DNA from: Fimbriimonadales bacterium | GTDB taxonomy: Bacteria; Armatimonadota; Fimbriimonadia; Fimbriimonadales; Fimbriimonadaceae | DNA length: 64,000 nucleotides | NCBI GenBank assembly: GCA_046330155.1 | Contig: JAXLTH010000005.1 | Span: forward strand, 17,417-81,416 | Direction: 5' to 3' | Shown: positions 36,323 to 45,854 of the stretch, piece by piece | Layout: every line of letters begins with the position of its first letter | Numbering within the stretch: position 1 is the first letter of the stretch | The notes under the pieces: model-generated | Databases searched by the model: none | What the model was told of the DNA's origin: nothing | Seen by the model: the letters and a program-made list of their open reading frames with translations, nothing else | Program-made: the position numbers and the translations under genes

Positions 36323-36619
36323 CTACACCTGCATGCGGCTGATCTCTTGGTACGCCTCAAGTAGCTTGTTTCTCACTTGGATGGTGAGTTGCATGGCCGT
36401 GCTCGCGCGCTCCATAGCGATCATCAAGTCGTGATAATCCACCTGTTGATCCGTCATGAAGGACTGCTGCTTCGCCTGGGAATCAAGCTGGGCATCGTTC
36501 ACATCCTTCAGGACGTCCGTCAACTGCTGCGCAAAGTCGCCATCACCGCCGCCGGCGGCAGCGCGCTGAGCCTGCTGGAGTTTCAGCGCTTCGGAGTTGA
36601 TGGCGGGGCCAATTCTCAT
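36323..36619 (-). CDS. fliE: Flagellar hook-basal body protein FliE
   Basis: 98 aa. ...DYHDLMIAMERASTAMQLTIQVRNKLLEAYQEISRMQV. Confidence 0.85.
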   Translation of the reverse strand: MRIGPAINSEALKLQQAQRAAAGGGDGDFAQQLTDVLKDVNDAQLDSQAKQQSFMTDQQVDYHDLMIAMERASTAMQLTIQVRNKLLEAYQEISRMQV

Positions 36620-36628
36620 TTACGTTCT

Positions 36629-37018
36629 CTAGATCTTTCCGATCTGAAGGGCGGCGCGAACCATGCCCTTGGCGGAGTTGTACGCGGCGATGTTCGCCTC
36701 GTAGGCTCGGCTTGCGCCAAGCATGTTCACCATCTCGATCAGCGGATCGACGTTGCTCCCCTGGGTCTTCTGACCCGGGTTATTGGGGTCGTCCACCTGG
36801 CGGAACGCGGTCTGGTCTTCGACGACCTTCTCGATTTGGACCCCTTCGGGGCCACCGCGAAGGACTACGTCTCGGCGACGATATGGGTCTTGGTTCCCGA
36901 TCTTCACCGAGTTGGCGTTGGCGATATTGGACGAGATGACATCCATGCGGAATCGCTCGGCGGTCAAGCCGCTCTGAGAAACGCGCATGGCGTGGTTAAG
37001 CGTGGATCCGATTCTCAT
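36629..37018 (-). CDS. flgC: Flagellar basal-body rod protein FlgC
   Basis: SGLTAERFRMDVISSNIANANS... and MVNMLGASRAYEANIAAY. Confidence 0.95.
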   Translation of the reverse strand: MRIGSTLNHAMRVSQSGLTAERFRMDVISSNIANANSVKIGNQDPYRRRDVVLRGGPEGVQIEKVVEDQTAFRQVDDPNNPGQKTQGSNVDPLIEMVNMLGASRAYEANIAAYNSAKGMVRAALQIGKI

Positions 37019-37021
37019 GGA

Positions 37022-37378
37022 TTACTTGCCCTCCCGAATCACGTTCTTCAGGCCGGAGAAGTACCGCGCGGTCATATCCGCAAGCGTCTGGTACCGGAGT
37101 TCGGTTTCGCCAAGGCCGGTGATCTCCTGCTCGAGGTCCACCGAGTTCTCGTCGGCGCGGCGATTGCCCTGCTCCACCCGGATCGGCGCGGCTTCGCCGC
37201 CCGCTTCCGCCATGGTTTGCTCGAGGGTGATGCCGAAGTCGACGTCCTTGCGCTTGTAGCCCGGCGTGTTGAGGTTCGCGAGATTCTCCGACAGCAGGCT
37301 ATGCCGCAGAGTTGCCCGGTCCATCGACTTCTTCAGGTAATCCGCCTGAGGTCCGAAAAGATTGTCCAGTATTCGCAC
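37022..37378 (-). CDS. flgB: Flagellar basal-body rod protein FlgB
   Basis: GTG start with GGAAGGA 9 nt upstream. LLSENLANLNTPGYKRKDVDF. Confidence 0.9.
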   Translation of the reverse strand: MRILDNLFGPQADYLKKSMDRATLRHSLLSENLANLNTPGYKRKDVDFGITLEQTMAEAGGEAAPIRVEQGNRRADENSVDLEQEITGLGETELRYQTLADMTARYFSGLKNVIREGK

Positions 37379-37515
37379 GGTCGGTTGTCCTTCCGCGCAT
37401 CCGTTCGCTTGACAGGCTCGAATCCGTGAGCCTGGAGCCAGGTTCTATTCCGGCCCATGTGTCTTATCGGACGAACCCCGTCATTTCCTCAGGATGAAGA
37501 GGATATGCTGTCCGC

Positions 37516-38553
37516 ATGTATCGTGTCCGGATTCTCCCGATCCTCGCCGCAACCCTCTTGGCAGCGCCAACGGTTTTCGCCGTCGTTCAAGACACCAGCA
37601 TCGCGGACTTCATCAAAGGCAGCACGCTCAAACCCTCGCTCAAGTTCGCCGAGGTCGACGCGGGCTACAAGGCGCTGAAGATCAAGATCGGCTCTGGCGG
37701 TGGCGAGGGCATGTTTGGCGGCAGCATGGGCATGCTGTTCGTGTCCAGCATGGCGGGCGGCGGCGGTGGTGGCAACGAGGCCATGGGCATGATGCTCCTT
37801 GGCTCGCTGGCCGACTTGTATTGGAGCAAGGCCGAGACCGTCACCCTGTCCGGAAAGGAGTTTCTGGTCGCCTACAAGCTCGAGTTCGGACTTCGCAAAG
37901 ACCTCATGAACCAAGGGATGAGCGACGAACCTCCGTTCGCCGCACGCCTGCGGCTGACCCTCATTCGGACGGACATGGTCGCCAGCATCGCCCCAGACCC
38001 GGACACGGACATCAAGTCGCTCCAGAAGCTCCTCGACGAGGCGAAGATTCCCTATGACAAACCCGTCATGGAACTCGACACCAACGAGGCGACTTCGGCG
38101 GCAATCCTCTATCCCGTTTTCGCCCAAGCCAAGTCCTCCGCCAAGAAGACCTCGACGATCTCGAACGCCAAGCAACTCGCCCTCGGCATGCTGATGTATT
38201 CCACCGATTGGGACGATGTCATGCCCTGGCCGCAGGGATCAAAGGCCCTGAAGTTCGTCATTCGGCCGTACACCAAGAACGACGACCTGTGGAAGAGCAT
38301 GAACCCCGCGGGCGGCGAGTTCAAGTTCAACATGAGCTTGGGCGGCGTCAGCTTCGCCGACATCCCCTCGCCCGCCGAGACGCCGATGTTCTTTGAGCCC
38401 AACACCTGGCCCGACGGAAGCCGCGTTGTGGCGTTCACCGACGGCCACGTCAAGGCGGTGAAGCCCGACGAGTGGGAGCGGATGCAGCCCCTGTTCAAGC
38501 TCAAGGCCAAGAAGACGGCCAAGAAGCCGCTTCCGCTGAACTACGGAACCTAG
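37516..38553 (+). CDS. Secreted protein: novel Met/Gly-rich N-terminal region fused to a DUF1559-like pilin core that lacks the prepilin leader
   Basis: Sec-type signal MYRVRILPILAATLLAAPTVFA. Internal AAILYPVFAQAKSSAKKTSTISNAKQLALGMLMYSTDWDD and C-terminal AFTDGHVKAV are homologous to 25579..26445, but there is no GFTLIELL segment. Confidence 0.8.
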   Translation: MYRVRILPILAATLLAAPTVFAVVQDTSIADFIKGSTLKPSLKFAEVDAGYKALKIKIGSGGGEGMFGGSMGMLFVSSMAGGGGGGNEAMGMMLLGSLADLYWSKAETVTLSGKEFLVAYKLEFGLRKDLMNQGMSDEPPFAARLRLTLIRTDMVASIAPDPDTDIKSLQKLLDEAKIPYDKPVMELDTNEATSAAILYPVFAQAKSSAKKTSTISNAKQLALGMLMYSTDWDDVMPWPQGSKALKFVIRPYTKNDDLWKSMNPAGGEFKFNMSLGGVSFADIPSPAETPMFFEPNTWPDGSRVVAFTDGHVKAVKPDEWERMQPLFKLKAKKTAKKPLPLNYGT

Positions 38554-39677
38554 CCCAAGTTCACCGGCGGCACGTCCACCGGCACTCCGTTCTTGCGCAC
38601 CGACTCGGTGGCGGCGACTCCCGCCGCCACCGCTTGCCTCGCGGCAAGCGGAGAGGTAACGGTCTCGCCACCCTCTCGCACAAAGCGTAAGAACTCCGCG
38701 ATCATCAAGTCGTCCGAGCCGCCATGCCAGCCGCTGGCGTCCGGCACGCGGTACTCGAGGTCGCCATGCTCCTCGTTCGTGTAACGAGCGTGGTCCCAAA
38801 GCTTGACAACAGCCTTGCCGGGCGCGTCCCCAAAGTTCTCCAGGCGGCCTTCGGTGCCGATGACGGTGTAGTTACGCCACGCGTCGGGTGCGAAGTGGCA
38901 CTGCTGGTAACTGGCGAGAACGCCGTTGTCCAGGTTCATCAGCATCATGTTCACGTCTTCGACGTCGACCACCGGATTCAGCTTCTTCAAAGACCGCGGG
39001 GGCCAAGTCTTGTTGAACGCCACGTTTGCCGCCTCGCCGGGAGCCTGCCGATCCTCAATGTCGCCGTAGACCATCAAGCCTCCCATGGCGACCACGCGTG
39101 CCGAGTATCCGCCGCACAAGTGGTGGAGAATGTCGATGTCGTGGGCGCCCTTTTGCAGGAGCAGGCCGGTCGATCTTGTTCGGTCCGCATGCCAGTCCCG
39201 AAAGTAGGCGTCGCCGCCATAGCTGACGAAGTGGCGACACCACGCCGCCTTGACCTCGCCGATGAAGCCGCGGTCGATCCACTCCTTCATCTTGCGAACC
39301 ACGCCGAAGTGGCGCATGTTGTGGCCGACGTAAAGCCGGGTTCCGGTCCGCTTCTCCGCCGCCAAGATACGATCGCAACCCTTGGTCGTGATCGCCATCG
39401 GCTTCTCGAGGAAGGTGGGGATGCCGGCTTCCAAACAAGCCACCGCCTGCTCTTCGTGCACCCAGTCGGGCGAGAGCAGGAAGATCGCGTCCAAGTTTTG
39501 GCTAAAGAGGTCACGGTAGTCGGCGAACGTGGCGGCATCCGCATGACCCTCCGCGAATTTCGCGCGCGCCCCCTCGCTCGGATCGGCAAGCGCCACGATC
39601 TGCGCCTCCGCGTCCACTTGCGGCGCGATGTCCGCCAGCTTGCCGCGTAAGCCCCAACCGACGACCCCCAGTCTCAC
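38550..39677 (-). CDS. Gfo/Idh/MocA-family oxidoreductase
   Basis: Probable GTG start at 39677 (VRLGVVGWGLRG Rossmann), forming a GTGA overlap with the upstream stop. EKPMA motif. The track ORF extends to 39734. Confidence 0.85.
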   Translation of the reverse strand: MRLGVVGWGLRGKLADIAPQVDAEAQIVALADPSEGARAKFAEGHADAATFADYRDLFSQNLDAIFLLSPDWVHEEQAVACLEAGIPTFLEKPMAITTKGCDRILAAEKRTGTRLYVGHNMRHFGVVRKMKEWIDRGFIGEVKAAWCRHFVSYGGDAYFRDWHADRTRSTGLLLQKGAHDIDILHHLCGGYSARVVAMGGLMVYGDIEDRQAPGEAANVAFNKTWPPRSLKKLNPVVDVEDVNMMLMNLDNGVLASYQQCHFAPDAWRNYTVIGTEGRLENFGDAPGKAVVKLWDHARYTNEEHGDLEYRVPDASGWHGGSDDLMIAEFLRFVREGGETVTSPLAARQAVAAGVAATESVRKNGVPVDVPPVNLG

Positions 39678-40528
39678 AGCCCGAGAATCGCGTCCATGGC
39701 GCGGCTCGTGTTCGCAACGCGAACTTCCGGGCAATGGCGGTAATACGGGATCATCTCTCCCACCACGGGGCCGCTGTAGCCGATCTCCCGAAGCGCGTTC
39801 ATGACCTCGGGCCAGTTCACGTCTCCCTCAAGCAGGTCGACAAAACCCTCGATCGTCCCGACGGCCTTGCGGAAGTCCTTGAAGTGCACGCCGACCACTC
39901 GCTGGCCGAGAATGCGAAGCCACTGCTCGGGATAGCCGTACGGCAAGATGTTCGCCACGTCCACATAGGCGCCCACCCACGGCGACTCGAACTGGTCGAT
40001 GAACGCCGACATCTCCACCGGGCTAAGCAAGAACTTGTTCCACACGTTCTCGATGCCCATGCGCACCTCAAGGCGCTCTGCGGTAGGCAGAGCTTTTCGC
40101 AGCCCCTCGATGGCGTCGGTGTACACCTGGTCGTACTCGTAGATAGGCCGATCGGGCATGAAGAAGACCTCCACCGCGCCGGGAATCGTCAGGTGGGTCT
40201 TCGCGCCCAGCCAGGCGCTGATCTGCAGCATCTTCTCCAAGTCGTCGAGCGCTCTGGCGCGCTCCGTAGCCCCGGCGTCGCCCAAGGCACGGCTCCAATA
40301 CAAGCCGGACGCCGTGCTCATGATCTTCACGCCCAAGCGGTTCGCCTCGGCGACGATGTCTCGGCAATACTCCTCGGTAGCGTCCGTGTTGAGCTTGCCG
40401 CCTTCGCCGATGCAGAGCTCGACCGCGGGAAACCCGTTGTCATGGGCCGCCCGGATGAATTCCAGCGGGCAAAGGGTTCCTTCCAGCCCGCCGGGCCAGG
40501 ACCAATAATTCAGGGACTTGGTGATCAT
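39674..40528 (-). CDS. Sugar phosphate isomerase/epimerase (xylose-isomerase-like TIM barrel)
   Basis: 284 aa. AP-endonuclease-2/TIM-barrel pattern (GFPAVEL..., IENVWN, HFKD). Confidence 0.8.
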   Translation of the reverse strand: MITKSLNYWSWPGGLEGTLCPLEFIRAAHDNGFPAVELCIGEGGKLNTDATEEYCRDIVAEANRLGVKIMSTASGLYWSRALGDAGATERARALDDLEKMLQISAWLGAKTHLTIPGAVEVFFMPDRPIYEYDQVYTDAIEGLRKALPTAERLEVRMGIENVWNKFLLSPVEMSAFIDQFESPWVGAYVDVANILPYGYPEQWLRILGQRVVGVHFKDFRKAVGTIEGFVDLLEGDVNWPEVMNALREIGYSGPVVGEMIPYYRHCPEVRVANTSRAMDAILGL

Positions 40529-40558
40529 GAGGTCCCTTGATTATGGCGGGTTTCGAAG

Positions 40559-41461
40559 CTATCCTGGGTTCAATTCACGGACATCCGGGTGATCCCAGTT
40601 GATGATGATCACCGAGTAGTCGTGCGGATCGCCGGTCCGCTTTTGAACCACGATGGCGCCGTAGGTTTCCAGGTTCGCGATGAGCTCCTTGCGCTGGTAG
40701 TCCGCCAATGCGGGCATTTCCGTTCGCAACAGCCGCAGGTAGCTGCTCATCCAAACCTCCTGGTGCTTGCCGAAGTTCTGGAGCATCAGCCTCAGGGCGT
40801 CCTCTTCCTCGTCGTAGCGCAGCTTCTGCGGCTTCGGGAAGTTCAGCTTTGGCGCAACCTTCGGCTCCGCCACCTTCGCCTCCGACTTGGGCTTCGACCG
40901 CGCGGTCAGTTCCCTCTGCATCGCCTCCTTCTGCACCTCGATTGCCGCCTGAAGGATCTTCTGCGTCTCCTCGGGCAAGAAACCCGCCGCGTCGCGGAAA
41001 CCCTTGTCGCCCACGACCTGCCTCAAGTCGCCGGAGATGTTGCCCGCAAACGCCACGACGATCACGCTCTTGGCGTGGGTCTTCAGGTGCTGGATGACCG
41101 GAATGTAGTCGCGGTCGCCCGCCAAGACATAGAAGGTTCCGATCTCAGGGCGGGTGTAGAGGACCTGGAGGGCGTCGATGCAGAGCCGCATGTCCGCCGC
41201 GTTCTTGTGCTCCGTCCCCATGACGAAGTGGGATTCGACGCCGAGGAGATACAGCTGGCTTTGAGAGTTGGCACCTACCCTTTCGAAGTCTGCGTAGGCA
41301 TGGACCGCAATCGCACGTTCGGGGATTTCATTTTTCAGGTTTCGGATTATTTTCTCAATCAGGTCGCCAGCGTCGGAAGTGCTCGGGAGAAGGTTCAAAA
41401 GGTAGTAGTAGAGGTTTTCGTAGTCAATGAAAATAGCGGAGTATGAATGGTTATCCATCAC
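40559..41461 (-). CDS. NYN-domain (LabA/DUF88-like) putative RNase with a C-terminal OST-HTH/LOTUS-like domain
   Basis: AIFIDYENLYY, NAADMRLCIDAL, YVLAGDRDYIPVIQHLK (NYN acidic residues). A helical, basic C-terminal 80 aa. Confidence 0.7.
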   Translation of the reverse strand: MMDNHSYSAIFIDYENLYYYLLNLLPSTSDAGDLIEKIIRNLKNEIPERAIAVHAYADFERVGANSQSQLYLLGVESHFVMGTEHKNAADMRLCIDALQVLYTRPEIGTFYVLAGDRDYIPVIQHLKTHAKSVIVVAFAGNISGDLRQVVGDKGFRDAAGFLPEETQKILQAAIEVQKEAMQRELTARSKPKSEAKVAEPKVAPKLNFPKPQKLRYDEEEDALRLMLQNFGKHQEVWMSSYLRLLRTEMPALADYQRKELIANLETYGAIVVQKRTGDPHDYSVIIINWDHPDVRELNPG

Positions 41462-41496
41462 CCCAATTCTAGCCGTGCAGAGGTAATTTCTGCCCG

Positions 41497-43068
41497 ATGC
41501 TCCCCGTCCTTGCCGCGCTTCCCGCCGTTTCCGTCGTGCCTCTCCCGGTGAACCTAACAGTAGGCTCCGGCACCTTTACCCTGGCGTCGAAGTCTGCCAT
41601 CGCCGCGCCACGCGATCTTCGCAACGAAGCGGGCTATCTCAGGGACATTCTTGCGCCCTCCACCGGCTTCGAACTTCCGATCGTGGGCAAGGCGGGCGAT
41701 GGCGCGATCCAACTTGAAATCGACGGCAAGCTGGAGCGGCTCGGCCCCGAGGGCTACACCTTGGACATCAGTCCGAAGCGCATCGTCATCCGTGGTTCGA
41801 AGCCCGCGGGGGTGTTTTACGGAATCCAGACCCTGCGCCAACTGTTCCCCGCCGCCATCGAGCGACGCGGGCACGTCGAGAACGTGGCCTGGGTTGCCCC
41901 GTGCGTCCAGATCGAGGATAAGCCCCGTTTCCGCTGGCGTGGGTCCCACATGGATACGGCTCGCCACTTCATGCCCAAGGAGTTCGTGCTCAAGTACATC
42001 GACCTGATGGCGATGAACAAGCTCAACACCTTCCACTGGCACCTGACCGACGACCAGGGATGGCGCATCGAGATCAAGAAGTACCCGAAACTCACCGAAG
42101 TCGGCGCATGGCGGAAAGACACCATGACGAAGTACGATCCGCCGACCTATACGGGCGTTCCCCACGGCGGCTTCTACACCCAAGACGACATCCGAGAAGT
42201 CGTCGCCTATGCAGCGGCTCGCCACATCACGGTGGTGCCCGAAATCGAGATGCCCGGACACGCACAAGCCGCGATCGCCGCCTACCCCGAGTTGGGCAAC
42301 ACGGGCGAGCAGCTGGAGGTCGCCACGCGCTGGGGAGTCATCGCCCACGTCTTCAACCCAGAGGACCGGACGATCGACTTCTTGAAGGACGTGCTTACCG
42401 AGGTGATGGGGCTGTTCCCCAGCCAGTTCATCCACATCGGCGGCGACGAGTGCCCGAAGGACGAGTGGAAGGCCAGCGCCTTCGCCCAAGCCAAGATGGC
42501 CAAACTCGGCATCAAGACCGAGCACGAGCTTCAAAGCTGGTTCATTCGGCAGATGGACGAGTTTCTCGCCTCAAAGGGACGCCGGCTGATCGGATGGTCG
42601 GAGATCCTCGAAGGCGGCCTTGCCCCCAAAGCCGCGCTCATGGTGTGGCTGGGCGATGAAGGCGCGATGGAGGCGGTCGGCTCCGGCCACGACGTGGTCA
42701 TGGCGCAAACCACCCACACGTATTTCGACTATTACCAAGCCAAGGACCGAACCAAGGAGCCGCACGCCATCGGCGGTTTCCTGCCCCTCGAGAAGGCGTA
42801 CTCTTACGAACCGATTCTCCCTGCGATGACGCCCGAGCAAGCCAAGCACGTCATGGGTGTGCAGTACCAGTTGTGGGCGGAGTACATCCCTAACGGCAAG
42901 CACATGGAGTACATGGCATTTCCGAGGGGTTGTGCGCTTGCGGAGGTGGCGTGGTCGCCCAAGGAGTCGCGCAACTTCGAGGACTTCCAAAACCGGCTAC
43001 CGGCGTTCCTCGACCGACTCACGGTGCGGGACGTGAACTTTCGCCGGTTGGACGCGGGCTACCAGTAA
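41497..43068 (+). CDS. GH20 beta-N-acetylhexosaminidase
   Basis: FRWRGSHMDTARHF, NTFHWHLTDDQGWR, VPEIEMPGH, IHIGGDEC. Confidence 0.95.
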   Translation: MLPVLAALPAVSVVPLPVNLTVGSGTFTLASKSAIAAPRDLRNEAGYLRDILAPSTGFELPIVGKAGDGAIQLEIDGKLERLGPEGYTLDISPKRIVIRGSKPAGVFYGIQTLRQLFPAAIERRGHVENVAWVAPCVQIEDKPRFRWRGSHMDTARHFMPKEFVLKYIDLMAMNKLNTFHWHLTDDQGWRIEIKKYPKLTEVGAWRKDTMTKYDPPTYTGVPHGGFYTQDDIREVVAYAAARHITVVPEIEMPGHAQAAIAAYPELGNTGEQLEVATRWGVIAHVFNPEDRTIDFLKDVLTEVMGLFPSQFIHIGGDECPKDEWKASAFAQAKMAKLGIKTEHELQSWFIRQMDEFLASKGRRLIGWSEILEGGLAPKAALMVWLGDEGAMEAVGSGHDVVMAQTTHTYFDYYQAKDRTKEPHAIGGFLPLEKAYSYEPILPAMTPEQAKHVMGVQYQLWAEYIPNGKHMEYMAFPRGCALAEVAWSPKESRNFEDFQNRLPAFLDRLTVRDVNFRRLDAGYQ

Positions 43069-43553
43069 GGCGGAAAAGTGAAGCCGTCTTTGTTGCGGCT
43101 GTCCGAGTTCACCCAGCGATAGGAATCGGCAACCCAGCCGCTGTCCTTCTTCGTCAGGTTGATCGCGATGACGGCGGTGTTGGTGCCGCCCCAGTTCTCC
43201 TTCTCGGTGCCGACGGCGACCACTTTTGCCGTCTTGCCCGTGTAGTAGACCACCTTGAAGTAACCGAAATCGCCGGCGAAGTCGGTGCCATCGACCGTCT
43301 CCCGCACGACGGGCTCGAGCTTCTTGCCGACCACCTTCGTGACGGCTTCCACGGCACTGTAAGGCAGAATGAGCGCGATGATCGCCAGGTTGAGAAAGAC
43401 CTTCCAGCTCTTGATTTCGTCTCGAGTCTTGAGCGAACGGGTCATCACATAGATGAGCGTGATGGCGCCGGCAACTCCGAGACACTCCCCGATATAGGCG
43501 ACTACTCCAAACATATGGGTCCTCCCCGGGATTGTCGGATCGTCGCCCGTCAA
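43059..43553 (-). CDS. Membrane protein of unknown function, translationally coupled to mntH
   Basis: ATGA overlap with the mntH stop. Two N-terminal TM helices and a soluble C-terminal domain. Confidence 0.5.
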   Translation of the reverse strand: MTGDDPTIPGRTHMFGVVAYIGECLGVAGAITLIYVMTRSLKTRDEIKSWKVFLNLAIIALILPYSAVEAVTKVVGKKLEPVVRETVDGTDFAGDFGYFKVVYYTGKTAKVVAVGTEKENWGGTNTAVIAINLTKKDSGWVADSYRWVNSDSRNKDGFTFPPYW

Positions 43554-44944
43554 ACCTCAGCGGGAACCAGCTGACGCTCTCGGTATCCGAACCGGACCCA
43601 GGCGGCATAGCTCAAGCCAAGCGCCGCCACTCCCACGAATCCGGCAACGCCCAACGCCTCGAACAGCAGTCGCGCGTTCAAGCTTGCGATGAGCACGCAA
43701 ACGGCGTACCCCACCGCTTTCAGCCACCCAGGGTTGACGAACTCGCCCATCTTGGCGCGGCTCGAAGTGAACATGAGGAGCGGAAAGATGGCAAACGAAA
43801 GCTGCATCGAAAGGACGACCTGGGAGATGACGAGCAGTTGGACCGTGTGCTTCCCTCCGGAAGCACCGATGAGGAATACCGCGGGAATGATCGCCAAGCC
43901 CCGGGTCACCAGCCGGCGCACCCAAGGCTTGACCCTCACCTTGAGGAACCCCTCCATGACGATCTGCCCCGCCAAGGTCCCGGTGATCGTGGAGGACTGG
44001 CCTGAGGCCAAAAGCGCGACGGCAAAGAGGGTGGCAGCGACTCCGCCCAACATGGGCTTGAGGACATCCGGAGCCTTGTCGAAGTCATCGACCAACGTTC
44101 CAGCACGATGGAACACCGCCGCCGCCAAAACCATGATCGCCGCGTTCACGAAGAAGGCGCTGCCAAGAGCGACGATCGTGTCCCAGGTGTTGTAACGGAT
44201 GGCTTCCTTGAGGCCGCCCGGCGTGCGCTCATTTGCTCGTGTCTGGACGATCGACGAGTGCAGATACAGGTTGTGGGGCATAACGGTCGCCCCCAGAATG
44301 CCAAGAGCGATCACCAATGCGTCGCCCGTGTTCGGTAACACGGGCGTGAACAACCCCCTGGCAACGCCACCCCACTCGGGCTGGGCTAGATAGACGTTGA
44401 TTGCAAAGCAGACGAACACCGTGGCGACCAAGGTGATGATCACCGCTTCCAGCTTTCGGAATCCGTACTTCATCAGCCCGAGAAGCAGAAGAACATCCGC
44501 TGCGGTGATAAGAACGCCCCAAATCAGGGGAATCCCAAAGAGCAGTTTGAGCGCGATCGCCGAACCGATGACCTCGGCGAGGTCGCACGCGATGATCGCG
44601 ATCTCGCACAACACCCACAGGGCGTAGGCGGTCGGCTTGCTGTAGTACTCCCGGCACGCTTGGGCAAGGTCCTTCCCCGTCACCAAGCCGAGCCGTGCGC
44701 AGAGGGTCTGCAGTAGCATCGCCATGAGGCTTGAGGCAAGGATGACCCACAGGAGCGTGTAACCGTACTTAGAGCCGCCGGCAAGGTCCGTCGCCCAGTT
44801 TCCCGGGTCCATGTAGCCAACGCTGACCAAGAAGCCGGGTCCAGAAAAGGCGAGCCATCGACGCCATCCGGCACGGTGGCGCACGCTGATCGTACGATAG
44901 GCTTCGGGAAGCGAGACCGCCTCGACCTTCTCCTCGGAACTCAC
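43550..44944 (-). CDS. mntH: NRAMP-family divalent metal (Mn2+/Fe2+) transporter
   Basis: [24 protein letters not shown] (DPGN motif), [12 protein letters not shown], about 11 TM helices. Confidence 0.95.
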   Translation of the reverse strand: MSSEEKVEAVSLPEAYRTISVRHRAGWRRWLAFSGPGFLVSVGYMDPGNWATDLAGGSKYGYTLLWVILASSLMAMLLQTLCARLGLVTGKDLAQACREYYSKPTAYALWVLCEIAIIACDLAEVIGSAIALKLLFGIPLIWGVLITAADVLLLLGLMKYGFRKLEAVIITLVATVFVCFAINVYLAQPEWGGVARGLFTPVLPNTGDALVIALGILGATVMPHNLYLHSSIVQTRANERTPGGLKEAIRYNTWDTIVALGSAFFVNAAIMVLAAAVFHRAGTLVDDFDKAPDVLKPMLGGVAATLFAVALLASGQSSTITGTLAGQIVMEGFLKVRVKPWVRRLVTRGLAIIPAVFLIGASGGKHTVQLLVISQVVLSMQLSFAIFPLLMFTSSRAKMGEFVNPGWLKAVGYAVCVLIASLNARLLFEALGVAGFVGVAALGLSYAAWVRFGYRERQLVPAEV

Positions 44945-44965
44945 CGCCTCATGATAGCCCGAAAT

Positions 44966-44983
44966 ATGTAACCAAGGCTACAT
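44966..44983. promoter_or_regulatory. Imperfect inverted repeat ATGTAACC-AA-GGCTACAT upstream of mntH (candidate metalloregulator site)
   Basis: 7 of 8 matching arms, 22 nt upstream of the mntH ATG, within the 47-nt gap to the preceding gene. Confidence 0.3.
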
Positions 44984-44991
44984 TCTTTTGC

Positions 44992-45813
44992 CTAATCTAA
45001 ACGAAACAGCGCCAAGACGTGGAGGGTGCCCAAGCTGAAGAGGGGCGTGCCTGCGGGTGGGTCGATGGCAATCTCGTTCGGGCCGACCGCCAGGAACTCG
45101 CCCGCGATTCCAGCTTCCGAGTGCTGGATCCGATGCCGCCGGTTCTCCTCGGGCTCGTACCACCATCCGGCATCCTTGCCTCCCACCCGCAACCTTGCCC
45201 GCTGGCGGCCGTGAAAGGCGTCGTAGGAACGCCGAAGCCTCAAGCCGACGCAACCTGAGGGAACCTCAAGCTGGAACCGGATGGCGTTCAAGTGGTAGCG
45301 AACCAGCGTGCACTCCACGTCGAAGAGGTCGCTGGCGTTTTGCGTGCGGTAGCCGATTTCCTTCTGTCGATCCGCTTCGTCAGCACCGAGTTCCAAAAGG
45401 GATCTGGCAACCAGATTTCCCCTCGCCACCTCCCCAACCCGAGGATTCTCGAGTCCATCGAAGTAAGGAAACAGGAAGCCGGATTCGGTTCTTGCCCAGC
45501 CACTTCCCTCCTCCCGGCCGTTCGATTTCTCCCAAACCCCCGACTCTGGAGCGTGCGCAAGCACATCGATCTCGGCCGGTTCTCCCTCGGGCGCCCAAGC
45601 GACGAAGTACTCGGAGAAAGTCCCCGACCTGCCCGTGACGGTTTGGCCGTCCGCAACGCCCTCAACTTTGCCCTGTTGCACGACGTACGTTCCGGGACCT
45701 TCATGGTCCGCGACGATTCGCCGACCTCGTCCGTCCGTATAGACGCGATCCAGGGGGCCCACCGTAAATCGGCGAGAAAGCGCGCAAGGGTGGGGAAACA
45801 ACCGCTCTTCCAT
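44992..45813 (-). CDS. Hypothetical protein, no family recognised
   Basis: 273 aa on the same strand as mntH, with plausible amino-acid composition. Overlapping other-frame ORFs are Arg/Pro-rich. Confidence 0.5.
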   Translation of the reverse strand: MEERLFPHPCALSRRFTVGPLDRVYTDGRGRRIVADHEGPGTYVVQQGKVEGVADGQTVTGRSGTFSEYFVAWAPEGEPAEIDVLAHAPESGVWEKSNGREEGSGWARTESGFLFPYFDGLENPRVGEVARGNLVARSLLELGADEADRQKEIGYRTQNASDLFDVECTLVRYHLNAIRFQLEVPSGCVGLRLRRSYDAFHGRQRARLRVGGKDAGWWYEPEENRRHRIQHSEAGIAGEFLAVGPNEIAIDPPAGTPLFSLGTLHVLALFRLD

Positions 45814-45854
45814 GAGGATCGAACCTAAAACGACCGAGAACTAAAGCGTACACG

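Noticed and set aside
37464-37471. TCCGATAA (minus strand) upstream of flgB, resembling the sigma-28 -10 element GCCGATAA
   Set aside because: There is no TAAA-type -35 element at the expected spacing (only GAGG/AAAT), and flgB operons are usually not sigma-28 dependent. A nearby TGGCTC-N5-TCAC also fails the sigma-54 GG-N10-GC rule.
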